Shown one piece after another: positions 47,229 to 59,700 of a stretch of DNA of 64,000 nt. The notes beneath the pieces were generated by a model. That model saw only the letters and a program-made list of their open reading frames with translations. It searched no databases and was not told the origin of the DNA. Every line of letters starts with the position of its first letter. Position 1 is the stretch's first letter. The translations under genes were made by a program, and so were the position numbers. This DNA comes from Candidatus Poribacteria bacterium (GTDB lineage Bacteria > Poribacteria > WGA-4E > WGA-3G): contig CAXXUA010000005.1 in assembly GCA_963663765.2 (NCBI GenBank), forward strand, positions 160,001 through 224,000, read 5' to 3'.

Positions 47229-49670
47229 ATGTCCGCACGAAAAAAATCGCTTCTTACCCCTATCATTAGTATATTGATGGTTTTGATTCTTTTGGTTTTA
47301 CCGAGTTTCACTGTATTTGCTGAAGAGACACCGAATACACCGTTTGGACCGCAACCTGCAGAAGAAACAGCATCAGACGAATCTGTTAAAGAACTCTCTT
47401 CCTCCACATCAGTTGATGATATGTTTGTGGTCAAGAGGATTGAGTTTGAGGGTATTCAAACACTTCGCAAGGAGATGTTGGAGACGTTGATACAAACGCA
47501 GGTTGGTCAAGAAATCTCTGATGAGTTGATTACCAAGGATATTGAAAACCTGTATAAAGATACAGGGTTTTTCTATGACATTAAAGTGGATGTGAAGAAG
47601 GCTGAAGGTGGGGGTTTTGTTGTAACTTATATCCTTGATGAAAGTCCTAAAGTTGAAAGTATCAACATTATAGGGAATGATGAGATAGACATTGGGAAAA
47701 TCATGGATAAGGTGACGCTTCGTCGATCAGAGATTTTCAATGATCGTCTGCGTTGGGAGAGTGAACGTGCTATCAGAAAACTCTACCATGAAAAAGGGTA
47801 TTATCTTGTAAAGATTCAAGTGCATATAGATGTGAATTCGGAGGAGAACACGAATCAGATTACATTTGAGATAGCAGAGGGTCCGCGTGTAAGGATCACA
47901 GAGATCAATTTTATAGGAAACGATCAAGTAGAATCCAAGAAACTGCGCAAGAAGATGAAAACGCGTATGGGTAAGCACTTTGATGAGATTTTGTTTGAGG
48001 AGGAGGACTTAGGTTTTACTCTTAGAAATTACTATCAGGACCTTGGTTTTGCGCAGGTAAAGATTTTAGGACATGAGAAACGGTTCACTGAAGACAAAAC
48101 CGGGTTGATTCTTGATATTACAGTGGATGAGGGTGCTCAATTCATTCTTGGTAAATACTACATTAAGCTTGAATCTGGAGAGAAGATAGTATTTTCAGAG
48201 AAGAAGATTCTGGATATGTTGGATCCTGCTGAAGGTGAAGTATTCAATAGGGATATATTTGAAGAATCCGTTGCGCAACTCCAACAGACTTATCTTGATA
48301 AAGGTTATCTTCTTGCGGAAGTTGTGCCACAACCGCATTTTGATGAGGTGACTGCGTCTGTGGACATTATCTTGAAAATAAATCAAGGAGATGTTATAAT
48401 CATTGACAATGTGCCGATTCAGGGATTGGAAAAGACGAATGAAAATGTGATTCGTCGTGAGTTGAATTTTTTAAATATCAAGTCTGATGAGTTGCTTGAT
48501 GTGAAGTCGCTTCGTAAAGCGCGGCAGCGTCTTTTTCAAATGGGACCGTTTATACGTGCGGTAGATTTTGTTCCGAGTGATACGGAAAACGATAGTCGCA
48601 AGAATCTTGTCGTCAATATTGCGGAATCCCCTACGACTGGTACATTGAGTGTAGGTGGTGGTTATGGTAGTGAAGGTGGTATTTTCGGTACTGCTGAGAT
48701 TGGTCAGCACAACCTATTTGGTCGTGCGTATCGTATACATTTGAAGGGTGAACTTGGTACGCGTGATCACTATACAGCAGAGGCGAGTTTTGGTACACCT
48801 TGGATATTTGGTACGCCGACACGTCTGAATGCGCGTATTTACAACAATCGTAGGTTTCGTCGTTATTATGGCAATGTTGGTACCATTCTTGATCCGGAAG
48901 ATTACTTGAGAGATAGGTATATATGGGATACGCGTGGTGGTTCAATTTCATTAGGTCGTCCGATTGCTTATGATATTGACTTGTCGGTAAGGTTTCGTAA
49001 TGAATTGATAAAAGCGAACACCCCTGAAGAGCAGTTGTTCAATCGGTCAACAAGGAGTATTCTTTTCGCTGTAGGTCGCGATACGCGTGATTATCGAACT
49101 TCGTTGTATGATCCTATGGGTGGTAGTTCTAATAGCATTTCCTACGAGTATTCTGGTGGCTTTTTAGGTGCGGACAACGAGTTCCAGAAGTATACAGCGG
49201 ATACGAGTTGGTTTTTCAACCCGTGGTGGAATCATGTTTTTGCTATCCATGCACGTGCGGGTTATATGAAGAGTAGGGATGAGGATAATAGAGAACTATT
49301 CTATGAAAGGTTTTATTTGGGTGGTGTAGACACCGTACGTGGTTATGAGGACTGGGAGATTTATCCTGATCCGCTTGATTCCGAAGTGCCGAATCCGTAT
49401 GGGGGTAACAAAGTATTTTTCTCTAATTTTGAGTATCGTGTACAAGTTTCACCACAGTTGACGACAGCACTATTCTTTGATGTTGGTCAGGTATGGGATG
49501 AAAGCGTTGTAAACCCATTTCGTCAAATTAATTTGAAACGTGGTGCGGGTGTAGAAGCGCGTTTACAGATGTTGGGCATGTTGGCAAGGTTTGGTTGGGG
49601 TTATGCGTTTGATCGTCAGAATCGCGCACCTCAAGGTAAGTTTTATTTTACGATTGGTCCCGGATTTTAG
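47229..49670 (+). CDS. bamA: Outer membrane protein assembly factor BamA
   Basis: POTRA repeats (GYY, VIRRE), FYLGG..TVRGY motif, C-terminal Phe; next to skp and lpxD. Confidence 0.93.
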   Translation: MSARKKSLLTPIISILMVLILLVLPSFTVFAEETPNTPFGPQPAEETASDESVKELSSSTSVDDMFVVKRIEFEGIQTLRKEMLETLIQTQVGQEISDELITKDIENLYKDTGFFYDIKVDVKKAEGGGFVVTYILDESPKVESINIIGNDEIDIGKIMDKVTLRRSEIFNDRLRWESERAIRKLYHEKGYYLVKIQVHIDVNSEENTNQITFEIAEGPRVRITEINFIGNDQVESKKLRKKMKTRMGKHFDEILFEEEDLGFTLRNYYQDLGFAQVKILGHEKRFTEDKTGLILDITVDEGAQFILGKYYIKLESGEKIVFSEKKILDMLDPAEGEVFNRDIFEESVAQLQQTYLDKGYLLAEVVPQPHFDEVTASVDIILKINQGDVIIIDNVPIQGLEKTNENVIRRELNFLNIKSDELLDVKSLRKARQRLFQMGPFIRAVDFVPSDTENDSRKNLVVNIAESPTTGTLSVGGGYGSEGGIFGTAEIGQHNLFGRAYRIHLKGELGTRDHYTAEASFGTPWIFGTPTRLNARIYNNRRFRRYYGNVGTILDPEDYLRDRYIWDTRGGSISLGRPIAYDIDLSVRFRNELIKANTPEEQLFNRSTRSILFAVGRDTRDYRTSLYDPMGGSSNSISYEYSGGFLGADNEFQKYTADTSWFFNPWWNHVFAIHARAGYMKSRDEDNRELFYERFYLGGVDTVRGYEDWEIYPDPLDSEVPNPYGGNKVFFSNFEYRVQVSPQLTTALFFDVGQVWDESVVNPFRQINLKRGAGVEARLQMLGMLARFGWGYAFDRQNRAPQGKFYFTIGPGF

Positions 49671-49899
49671 GTTAAATTTTTATATTAAGCATATAATTAA
49701 TAGGATATTTTACGCATCAAACATTTAGTTTGTGCTACAACACCCTCGTTATGTTTGGTATCGTAACCGAACCTAACATAATGTCCTATTAATTCTAAAG
49801 TCTATTATATGAAATGAATTCTGAGGTTGATCGTATCGTTTGATTGGAAATTATAATTATAGAGTATTTAGTATTCTGCATGAAATAAAAGGATATATT

Positions 49900-50499
49900 A
49901 TGAAGAAATTTTTGTTTGTTGTTTTCCCACTGATGCTGATTTTGTTCATATCCGGTAGCATTGGTCAAGAGTCGTTTAAAATAGGAGTTGTTGACACGCA
50001 GAAAGTGTTAGAAAACTATGAAAAATATATTGAAGCGGATAAGTTACTGACGACAGCTGAAGCGCGTTTGAAAGAGAAACTTGATGCTATGGGTAAGGAA
50101 ATTGAGACGTTACAAGAGCGAAAAGAGAAAACGGAGCTTTTTGTGGAGGAAGCGCAGACTGCAGAATTAGAGGATGATATTAAAAAGAAACAGTTGGAAG
50201 CACAACAAGAACTCAATCGTGGTCGGGAAGTACTAATACAAAAGCAGAAGGAACTGTTGGAACCGATTTTTAAGGAAATTGAGGAACTGATTATTGAAAC
50301 AGGCAAAGCTGAAAAATACGACCTTATTCTCAATAAACAAGCTGTGCTGTTTGTTAATGAGAAATATGATTTGACCAACAAACTGATTATAGCTATCAAT
50401 GAAAAACCTAAAAAAGGTGATGCAGCCGAACAGGACGAGTCTGAAACGAAAGAGGACAATACTGAAAAACCACTCGAACAGAATGATGAGAAGAAATAG
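49900..50499 (+). CDS. skp: Periplasmic chaperone Skp/OmpH
   Basis: KIGVVD, coiled-coil body, YDLIL and DLT motifs; gene order. Confidence 0.88.
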   Translation: MKKFLFVVFPLMLILFISGSIGQESFKIGVVDTQKVLENYEKYIEADKLLTTAEARLKEKLDAMGKEIETLQERKEKTELFVEEAQTAELEDDIKKKQLEAQQELNRGREVLIQKQKELLEPIFKEIEELIIETGKAEKYDLILNKQAVLFVNEKYDLTNKLIIAINEKPKKGDAAEQDESETKEDNTEKPLEQNDEKK

Positions 50500-50556
50500 T
50501 ATCTGAATTCTCTTAGCAGTAATGACATAGGTTTTTTCTTTTGCGATGAGGTTTTT

Positions 50557-51615
50557 ATGAGTATTAAACTCAAAGATATTTGTGAACATTTGGGTGGTGA
50601 ACTTTCTGGTGATGGAGAAATTGAAATCACAGGAGTTTCTGGTATTGTAGAGGCGTTACCCAGCCAAATTACCTTTGTTGCGGATACGAAATATCTTTCT
50701 GCTATAGCCACGACTCAGGCATCGGCGATCATCATTGGGCGCGGTGTTTCCGGTAATGGCAAACCGACGATATGTGTAGACAATCCGTATTGGAGTTTTG
50801 TCAAGGTAATGGAGTTATTCATCTCGGATTCGGAGCAGCAGACTCACCGCGGCATCCATGAAACTGCGATTATTGGAGAGAATGTTTCATTAGGAGAAGA
50901 CGTTACCATAAAGGCATATAGCGTGATTGGTGACAATGTAGAGATTGGCGATAGAACAGTCATTATGCCGCTTGTCTATGTTGGGAATGGTAGCAAAATT
51001 GGCAGTGATGGAATGGTCTACTCTCAAGTCAGTATTCGTGAGAACATCACTATTGGCGATCGTGTCGTCCTTCATAGTGGTGCGGTCATCGGTAGTGATG
51101 GTTTTGGTTTTACGCCGGATCCTATACAAAAGCGTCCTTACAAAATACCCCAAATAGGGACTGTTGTGGTTGAAGATGATGTCGAAATAGGTGCGAATAC
51201 GACGATAGATAGAGCAACGCTCTCTGAGACGGTGATTAAGCGTGGTACGAAACTTGACAACCTTGTTCAGATTGCCCACAATGTAGTTCTTGGGGAAGAT
51301 TGCTGTCTTGCTGCACAGACGGGTATTGCTGGCAGTTCTATTCTTGGTGATCGCGTTAATATTGCGGGTCAGTCTGGTGTGATTGGTCATCTTAGGGTTG
51401 GTGAAAATACGGTTATCTACTCGAAATCTGCTGTCACGAAGAACATTCCGCCCGGTAGCCATCTTTCCGGCATCCCTGCCCGTCCGCACAAACAGGAGTT
51501 ACGTTCTCAAGCAATAGCACGTAAGCTGCCGGAAGTGATGAAAGAGATTTCAGAGTTGCAGAAACGCGTTGAGGAACTTGAGGAAAATCTTCAAGGCTTA
51601 GAAGAAGATTCCTAA
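50557..51615 (+). CDS. lpxD: UDP-3-O-(3-hydroxyacyl)glucosamine N-acyltransferase
   Basis: Hexapeptide repeats, GSDGFG, KIPQIG, GANTTIDR and DNLVQIAHN. Confidence 0.95.
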   Translation: MSIKLKDICEHLGGELSGDGEIEITGVSGIVEALPSQITFVADTKYLSAIATTQASAIIIGRGVSGNGKPTICVDNPYWSFVKVMELFISDSEQQTHRGIHETAIIGENVSLGEDVTIKAYSVIGDNVEIGDRTVIMPLVYVGNGSKIGSDGMVYSQVSIRENITIGDRVVLHSGAVIGSDGFGFTPDPIQKRPYKIPQIGTVVVEDDVEIGANTTIDRATLSETVIKRGTKLDNLVQIAHNVVLGEDCCLAAQTGIAGSSILGDRVNIAGQSGVIGHLRVGENTVIYSKSAVTKNIPPGSHLSGIPARPHKQELRSQAIARKLPEVMKEISELQKRVEELEENLQGLEEDS

Positions 51616-51846
51616 TTGGTTGCTAATTAATCTAATCCCTCCTATGAAAGAAGAATACCAGCTATTTCCATAAGATGGTTCTGAATCGCGGAGTACACAG
51701 ATTTCACGGAATACGCGTATTTCGCTGATAAGAGATCTTTCTTTAAACAACTCTCACTAATAACCAATGTGGTTGTGAAAATGAGTGTATAGCACCTAAA
51801 ACCCATTCTGTGCTTCTGGCAAAGACATGGGTAAAAAAACTAAAAA

Positions 51847-52503
51847 TTGATGAAACTTCTATCCATAAATGTATCAAAACCGAAACCGATTACCTACAAT
51901 GGTAGGATTGTTTATACTGGTATTTTTAAAGAACCGGTGTCAGAGACGGTGATGCTGAGAGAGAAAAATATTGATGGGGATGGACAAGGGGATTTGAAGG
52001 TACACGGCGGCACCTATAAAGCAATCTATGGTTATCCCTTTGAACATTATGCATATTGGCAGCAGGAATTGAATAGAGAGGACTTGTCTTATGGTCAATT
52101 CGGTGAAAATCTGACTGTTGAGGGTATGTTGGAATCGGAAGTTAACATCGGTGATGTGTTTCAGATAGGTTCAAGTGTGCGATTACAGATAACACAACCG
52201 CGAGTGCCGTGTTACAAATTAGGACATAAAATGGGAATGGCAGAATTTCCTAAACAGTTCTTGCAGAGTCGATGTGTTGGTTTCTATTTTCGAGTTCTTG
52301 AAGAAGGAGAAATCACTGCAGGTGATACAATTTCTTGTGTTGAGAATGCGCCAGAGTCAATGAGTGTCACAGAGATAGTCAACTTACGATATTTTGACAC
52401 TAACAATTATGAGAAGATAGCGAAAGCCAGAAAACTACCTGCTCTATCACCGAGTTGGAAAGAGGACTTTGTACGAATCTTGAAGGCAAAGGATTTGTTG
52501 TAG
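51847..52503 (+). CDS. MOSC domain protein (YiiM-like, with 3-alpha domain)
   Basis: DGQGD..HGG..KA, FGEN, QPRVPC and GFYFRVL. Confidence 0.9.
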   Translation: MMKLLSINVSKPKPITYNGRIVYTGIFKEPVSETVMLREKNIDGDGQGDLKVHGGTYKAIYGYPFEHYAYWQQELNREDLSYGQFGENLTVEGMLESEVNIGDVFQIGSSVRLQITQPRVPCYKLGHKMGMAEFPKQFLQSRCVGFYFRVLEEGEITAGDTISCVENAPESMSVTEIVNLRYFDTNNYEKIAKARKLPALSPSWKEDFVRILKAKDLL

Positions 52504-52508
52504 ACACT

Positions 52509-53255
52509 ATGGAAATATTTGAAGTAAGAACTAAACTGGGTACGAGTACGGCAGCTGCAATGGCTGCAAGTACAAAACTGCAGGCAGCCATCAATACCAA
52601 TGGACATGCGAGTTTCATAGTTGCTACGGGGGCCTCACAGTTTGATTTCCTGAATGCATTGACTGCTGATTCCTCTATAGATTGGTCAAAAACAACGATG
52701 TTCCATCTGGACGAATATATCGGTATTTCTGATACACATCCAGCCAGTTTCTGTAAGTATCTTCAGGAGAGATTGGTTGATATTGTTCAGCCAAAAATAG
52801 TGCATTTCCTGAATGGTGAAGCGGACGATCCACAGGCAGAATGTGACAGACTCAACCGAATTATCTCACAACACACGATTGATGTTGCATTTGTTGGTAT
52901 CGGTGAAAATGGTCATCTTGCTTTCAATGACCCTCCTGCTGACTTTGAGACAGAGGAACCGTATATCGTCGTGGCGTTAGATGAGGCGTGCCGTTTGCAG
53001 CAGGTTGGTGAAGGTTGGTTCAAAGATTTGTCTGAGGTACCGACACATGCAATCTCAATGTCTATCCGCCAGATTATGAAATCGGAAGCGATTATTTGTA
53101 CGGTGCCTGATGAACGCAAGGCGGAAGCTGTACGAAATTGCTTATTTGGTGAAATTTCCTCAATGCATCCTGCGTCTATTTTGCAGAATCATCCGGATTG
53201 TAGCATCTTCCTTGATGCTGGGTCGGCATCTTTGTTGATGTCTGTTTCACCATAG
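52509..53255 (+). CDS. Glucosamine-6-phosphate deaminase-like protein (NagB family)
   Basis: [25 protein letters not shown] and PASILQ.H. Confidence 0.85.
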   Translation: MEIFEVRTKLGTSTAAAMAASTKLQAAINTNGHASFIVATGASQFDFLNALTADSSIDWSKTTMFHLDEYIGISDTHPASFCKYLQERLVDIVQPKIVHFLNGEADDPQAECDRLNRIISQHTIDVAFVGIGENGHLAFNDPPADFETEEPYIVVALDEACRLQQVGEGWFKDLSEVPTHAISMSIRQIMKSEAIICTVPDERKAEAVRNCLFGEISSMHPASILQNHPDCSIFLDAGSASLLMSVSP

Positions 53256-53342
53256 TCATCTGTTCACTCTCCGATCGTTCGTGCTATCCAAACGGTTGAA
53301 TCGGATGTCTGTTTCACCATAATCATCTGTTCACCATAGTAC

Positions 53343-53386
53343 AAAAAGAAATCGGATGGGAAATATAACCCACCCGATTTCTTTTT
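53343..53386. terminator. Bidirectional rho-independent terminator between convergent genes
   Basis: AAAAAGAAATCGGATGGG / CCCACCCGATTTCTTTTT hairpin with A and T tails. Confidence 0.75.
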
Positions 53387-53431
53387 ATGATCGTATATTT
53401 CTCATAGATGTCTATGAGAGAATGTCCGACA

Positions 53432-55069
<1,638 letters not shown>

Positions 55070-55073
55070 TTAC

Positions 55074-55367
55074 TTAATTAGTTACCTTGGCTAAGATATC
55101 ATCTTCGCGCAAAATGAGAAATTCATCATTTTCATAAGTTACTTCTGTGCCACCATATTTTGCGAACAGAACTTTGTCTCCGACTTGAACATCAACAGAT
55201 TGTCGTTCACCGTTTTCAAGGATGCGTCCTTTTCCAACAGCGACAACTTCGCCTTCTTGAGGTTTTTCTTTGGCAGTGTCTGGGATAATGATCCCACCAC
55301 TGGTTTTTTGTTCGTCCTCTTCAGAACGTTTGACGAGGATTCGATCGCCAAGAGGTACAAGTGCCAT
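55074..55367 (-). CDS. groS: Co-chaperonin GroES
   Basis: [21 protein letters not shown] and KYGGTE. Confidence 0.98.
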   Translation of the reverse strand: MALVPLGDRILVKRSEEDEQKTSGGIIIPDTAKEKPQEGEVVAVGKGRILENGERQSVDVQVGDKVLFAKYGGTEVTYENDEFLILREDDILAKVTN

Positions 55368-55453
55368 ATCTATAATTCCCTCCTATGGGTAAAAAGTTTA
55401 TGGGTATAATATGAACCCGTATCTGATAATTTTTCTTATACGATGTTTTATAT

Positions 55454-55589
55454 AGCAAGATGTGTGCCAATTTTGGGAATGTAGGTATAGACGCATTTGG
55501 TGTGGTATGATGTGATTTTTGACTTGGCAAATGTGTGACATTTTGTCATATCGTCACAGATTTGGAATAGTTAGTGTGCCATTTTGACA
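55454..55589 (-). promoter_or_regulatory. Sigma54 promoter for groESL with upstream TGNCA palindromes
   Basis: Minus strand TGGCAC-ACATC-TTGCT at 55469-55454; TGACATTTTGTCA ~55536-55548 and TGCCATTTTGACA ~55577-55589. Confidence 0.7.
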
Positions 55590-55600
55590 TAGGCAGTTTA

Positions 55601-55749
55601 TTGTCTGAACCATGATTTTCAGGATTACCAGATATTCAGGATTTACCTCATCAAGGGTTTTTGATGTGTGTTTTTGCTCTCTTTTGGAATAGGATTTGAT
55701 GAAACAGATCTTGATAATCTACTAATCCTGAAAATCCTGGTTCAGACAA
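55601..55749. repeat. Inverted pair of the GTCTGAACC repeat family
   Basis: TTGTCTGAACCATGATTTTCAGGATT ... AATCCTGAAAATCCTGGTTCAGACAA. Confidence 0.75.
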
Positions 55750-55753
55750 AGAA

Positions 55754-55838
55754 TGAGTTAACTCCCAAAAATATACTAACTCAAGGATTAACAACTGTGA
55801 TAGAATTTACTCAATTAATTGAAAACTGAATAACCCTG
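55754..55838 (+). repeat. 85-bp repeat ending in the CAGGGTTATT-family TIR; direct copy at 60845-60929
   Basis: Four mismatches by eye between the two copies. Confidence 0.85.
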
Positions 55839-55897
55839 CAAAAAACGCTTGCTTAATGTTAACTTTTTCTGTTATATTAATACTCAGGATTGTACAT

Positions 55898-56019
55898 ACA
55901 GACTTGCGCAGTATTCATGATTTAATCAAGAATTGTGACGAAAATGGTGTAATTTTCAGCATATTTTAGGTTTCCAGCGCGCATACAATGCGAGTCTATC
56001 GTAGGGTGCGTATGTCTTG
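55898..56019. mobile_element. CAGGACTTACGCA-family MITE (diverged) with TSD GTACAT
   Basis: GACTTGCGCA ... TGCGTATGTCTTG; GTACAT on both sides. Confidence 0.65.
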
Positions 56020-56041
56020 GTACATAGAATTCATCATTCAT

Positions 56042-56160
56042 TTATCATTCAATATAAGTTATCATTCAATATAAGTTATCATTCAATATAAGTTATCATT
56101 CAATATAAGTTATCATTCAATATAAGTTATCATTCAATATAAGTTATCATTCAATATAAG
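56042..56160. repeat. Perfect tandem repeat, 7 x 17 bp TTATCATTCAATATAAG
   Basis: Read directly; no spacers. Confidence 0.95.
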
Positions 56161-56280
56161 TTATCCAATTTTCCAACTTTTTTATGACAATTAGGTCTTA
56201 TATATTAAGATTCTGTATGCTACTTCTTGCGGACAGTATTCTAATTTGGAACTTGAACTACGATTGAGGGTTAATATTAA

Positions 56281-56497
56281 CAGGACTTGCGCAGTTTTAA
56301 TGATTTAATCAAGAATTGTGATGAAAATGATGTAATTTTCAGCATTATTTGTGCTTCCAACGCGCTTACAAAGCACCAATTCAAGAAATCAAGGGTATGA
56401 ATGCCTTTTGGCATTCCCCGGGTATGAATCATGGAGCATGCCATACGCGCATGCTTCTTTAGGCATTCCCCGCCTACCGTTGGGTGCGTAAGTCCTG
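56281..56497. mobile_element. CAGGACTTACGCA-family MITE with 6-bp TSD TATTAA and GAATGCC insert
   Basis: CAGGACTTGCGCA ... TGCGTAAGTCCTG; TATTAA at 56275-56280 and 56498-56503. Confidence 0.78.
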
Positions 56498-56635
56498 TAT
56501 TAAATAGAAGGACACGTCTAGCAAAACCAAATTCACTTGATTCTAATATATCCGTGCGGCGGATCAACAATAATCTAACGACTTATGTGGTATTAATTGA
56601 GTCTAACCTTACATGTTTCTGACGACAATTGTGAA

Positions 56636-56691
56636 GCCATAACTGTTTCGCCATAACTGTTTCGCCATAACTGTTTCGCCATAACTGTTTC
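56636..56691. repeat. Perfect tandem repeat, 4 x 14 bp GCCATAACTGTTTC
   Basis: Read directly; lies 75 bp upstream of the 1194-aa gene. Confidence 0.95.
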
Positions 56692-56765
56692 AAAGAACAA
56701 AAAATAATAATGCACAAGTGATTGAATATCTACTATAAGAGTTTATGTGAAAAGAGGAGAATAAG

Positions 56766-59700
56766 ATGGAAAGAAGAGAAGAATATACTGAACTACAAAC
56801 GAAGATATTAGCCGCGCGGCGTGTGTGGAAACGTAGTCTATTCTGGACAGGGTTTGCGATAGTCTTGATTGGTCTACTGGCGATTTTAGTAGGGGGTTCA
56901 ATTGTTGACTGGTTGATGCCGCTTCCGAGTGCAGTACGTGTTGTGTTTTTGGTGGGTATTGTTGGTACGACCACCTACCTACTTTATAGGTACTTGGTTG
57001 TACCGATTAGAGCTGCGCTGAGTCTCCGAGATGTTGCGCTTAATGTTGAACATAGTCATCCTGACCTTGAAGATAGGCTTGTGAGTGCTGTGCAATTTGG
57101 TTCAAGAGAGACTGATGACCCAATTGAAGCACACATGCTTCAACGTTTGCTTACGGATACCGTTGATCGTATTAAAGGAATTGATTTTAAAGCCACGGTT
57201 GATCATAGCCGTACACGTAAGTATATGGGTATTGCAGCATTAGTGATTGCTGCGTGTGGTTTACTAACACTTCTCTTTCCAACAGAAACTCAGACGAGTC
57301 TGATGCGTTTGCTTGTTCCGTGGGAAAAGACTGATCCAATAATGACAACTAAGGTTGAAGTTACCCCTGGAGATGCCCGTATCCTTCGCGGTAAGAGTTT
57401 GCCAATTGCGGTAAATGTAACAGGTAAAGATGCAGATAAGGTTGTTTTGACCTACTATGACAAGGACAATCCACCAACAGCAGAAAACGAAGGTAGTAAA
57501 CAAGAAATCAATATGTTGCAGAATCCGGATGACAAACGTGGTTTTGCGTATGAGATTTTCAATATTGAAATGGAAATGGAGTATTTTGTTGTTGCGAATG
57601 AGACGACATCTGAAAGTTTTACAGTTGAAGTCTTTGAGATGCCACGTGTAGAAGATGTTTCTGTTTCTTATACCTATCCTGAATATACCGACCTTTCCCC
57701 AGTTGTGCAGCAAGGTAGTGGTGATATTAAGGCGATTGTTGGCACTACAGCAGAAATACGATTTACTACGAATAAGGCTATCCAGAAAGCCACATTCACC
57801 ATGAAAAGTAAGAAGGATGCTGCCCCAACTGAAGATGTTGGTGAAAGCGATACTGCTGCATCTAATTCTCTTGAGATGACTATTGCGGATGGAAACACAC
57901 TCACAACGACAATTGAGGTCTTGGATGATGGTAAATATACAGTTGACCTATTCTGTATTGATGAATTCCAGAATGAAATTCCGATTGAGTATTCTATTAA
58001 AGCGATACCTGATAAACCCCCAGAAGTGGTTGTTAAGGAACCCGGTCGCGATGTGAAAGCGACAAAACTGGAAGAGGTGAAAATCGTTGCTGAGGCTAAG
58101 GATGATTTTGGTGTTGAAGAGCTTAACTTAAAGTATCGTATAGGTGCAGGTGAATTGAAGAAGATTGCGTTAGAAGCTACAGGTGAGTTAGGAACGGATA
58201 TGCAATCCGGTAAAAAGGTACGCAATGGGACTTATACCTTTTATTTGGAAGAATTTGACATTGAACCTGGTCAAGTCATCTCTTACTATGCACATGCGGT
58301 GGACAATAATACGTTAACAGGACCGAGTGAAGCAAGAAGTGATATCTACTTCATTGAGATCAAACCGTTCAATCAGAGATATGAAGATCAAGAGCCAATG
58401 GATATGGAAGGCATGCCTAATCCTATGACTGGATTGATCGCTCTTCAGAAACAGGTGATTCGAGAAACATGGTCTCACGTTAACAACCAACCCAAAATTG
58501 CTACCGAAGAATTTGCATCAGATGTTAAAAAAACATCGCAAAAACAGGGTGAAGTCAAGGATAAAACGCAAGAGGTGGTAGACAACTTTAGTATGCAGAT
58601 GCAGGAACAACCCGTTCCTCCAGAAATCATGATGAATCTTGAGGAAGCAATTGACAAGATGGGTGAAGCGATGGATGAGTTAAATGCTACGAAACCTATG
58701 GATGCTATTCCACCAGAACAAGCTGCACTTGAATTGCTGAATAAAGTTGATCTTGAGATGCCTAAAGTCTTACAACAGGCAAGGTCAAACCAACCTCAGA
58801 TGGCAGAGAATCTTGAGATGGAATTGGAGGATCTGCAAAACGAGTTAGAGCAGAACCAGGAGGAGCTTGAGGAGCAACTGCAGGAACAGACACAGCAGAT
58901 GTTGGACCAAGCTCGTGAAATGTTGGAACAACAACAGAATCTGAATGAGCAGAGTCAAGAGATGGGTAAACAGGATCAACCATCTCCCAGTGATATGCAA
59001 CAGAATAGCCAGCAGCAGGGACAGTTGTCTCAGCAAGCGGAACAGATGTCGCAACAACTGGGTCAAATGCAGGGTAATGCTCAAGACCCTCAACAGCAAC
59101 GTCTTGCTCAAGCTGGTCAGTCCATGCAGCAAGCGAGTGAACAGATGCAGCAAGCGTCACAAGGGATGCAACAGCAGGAACCCCAGATGAGTGCAGCGAA
59201 AGGTGAAAAGGCTGAAGAAAGGCTTGAGGAAGCGATTGAACAACTTGAGAAAGCTTCATCTGAATTTACAGATAATGCGTTAGAAAGGGCAGCTCAGCAA
59301 CTTCAACAGATGACTGAAGAACAATCTCAAGTGCAACAGCAGACACAAGAACTGAGAAATCGGTCTCAGCAACAAGGTGGTATGAGTGCTGAGGATTATC
59401 GTGAAGCCTCTGAACTTGCTAATCAGCAGCGGCAACTTCAACGTGACTTAGAGTCTTTTGAGGAAAACCTTGATAATGTTCAAGAGCAGCTGAACGAAGA
59501 AAATCCTGAGGCTGCAGAGAATGTTGCGGATGCATCTGAAAGACTTGCCGAGGAACAAACATCAGAAGATATGGCAACAGCACAACGTGCATTACAATGG
59601 CGTAGTTTGCAGTCTGCTGATTTGAATCAACAGGAAGTTGTTGAAACACTTGAACAAGCACAAGCGGATCTCCAACAAGCGAGAGCCAATATGGCACAAA

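Noticed and set aside
53238-53340. Short direct repeat of the NagB-like gene 3' end (ATGTCTGTTTCACCATA) as an att site
   Set aside because: The copies are only ~70 bp apart with no integrase; likely a local duplication.
56042-56160. Possible CRISPR array
   Set aside because: Units are contiguous 17-mers with no spacers, and there are no cas genes.
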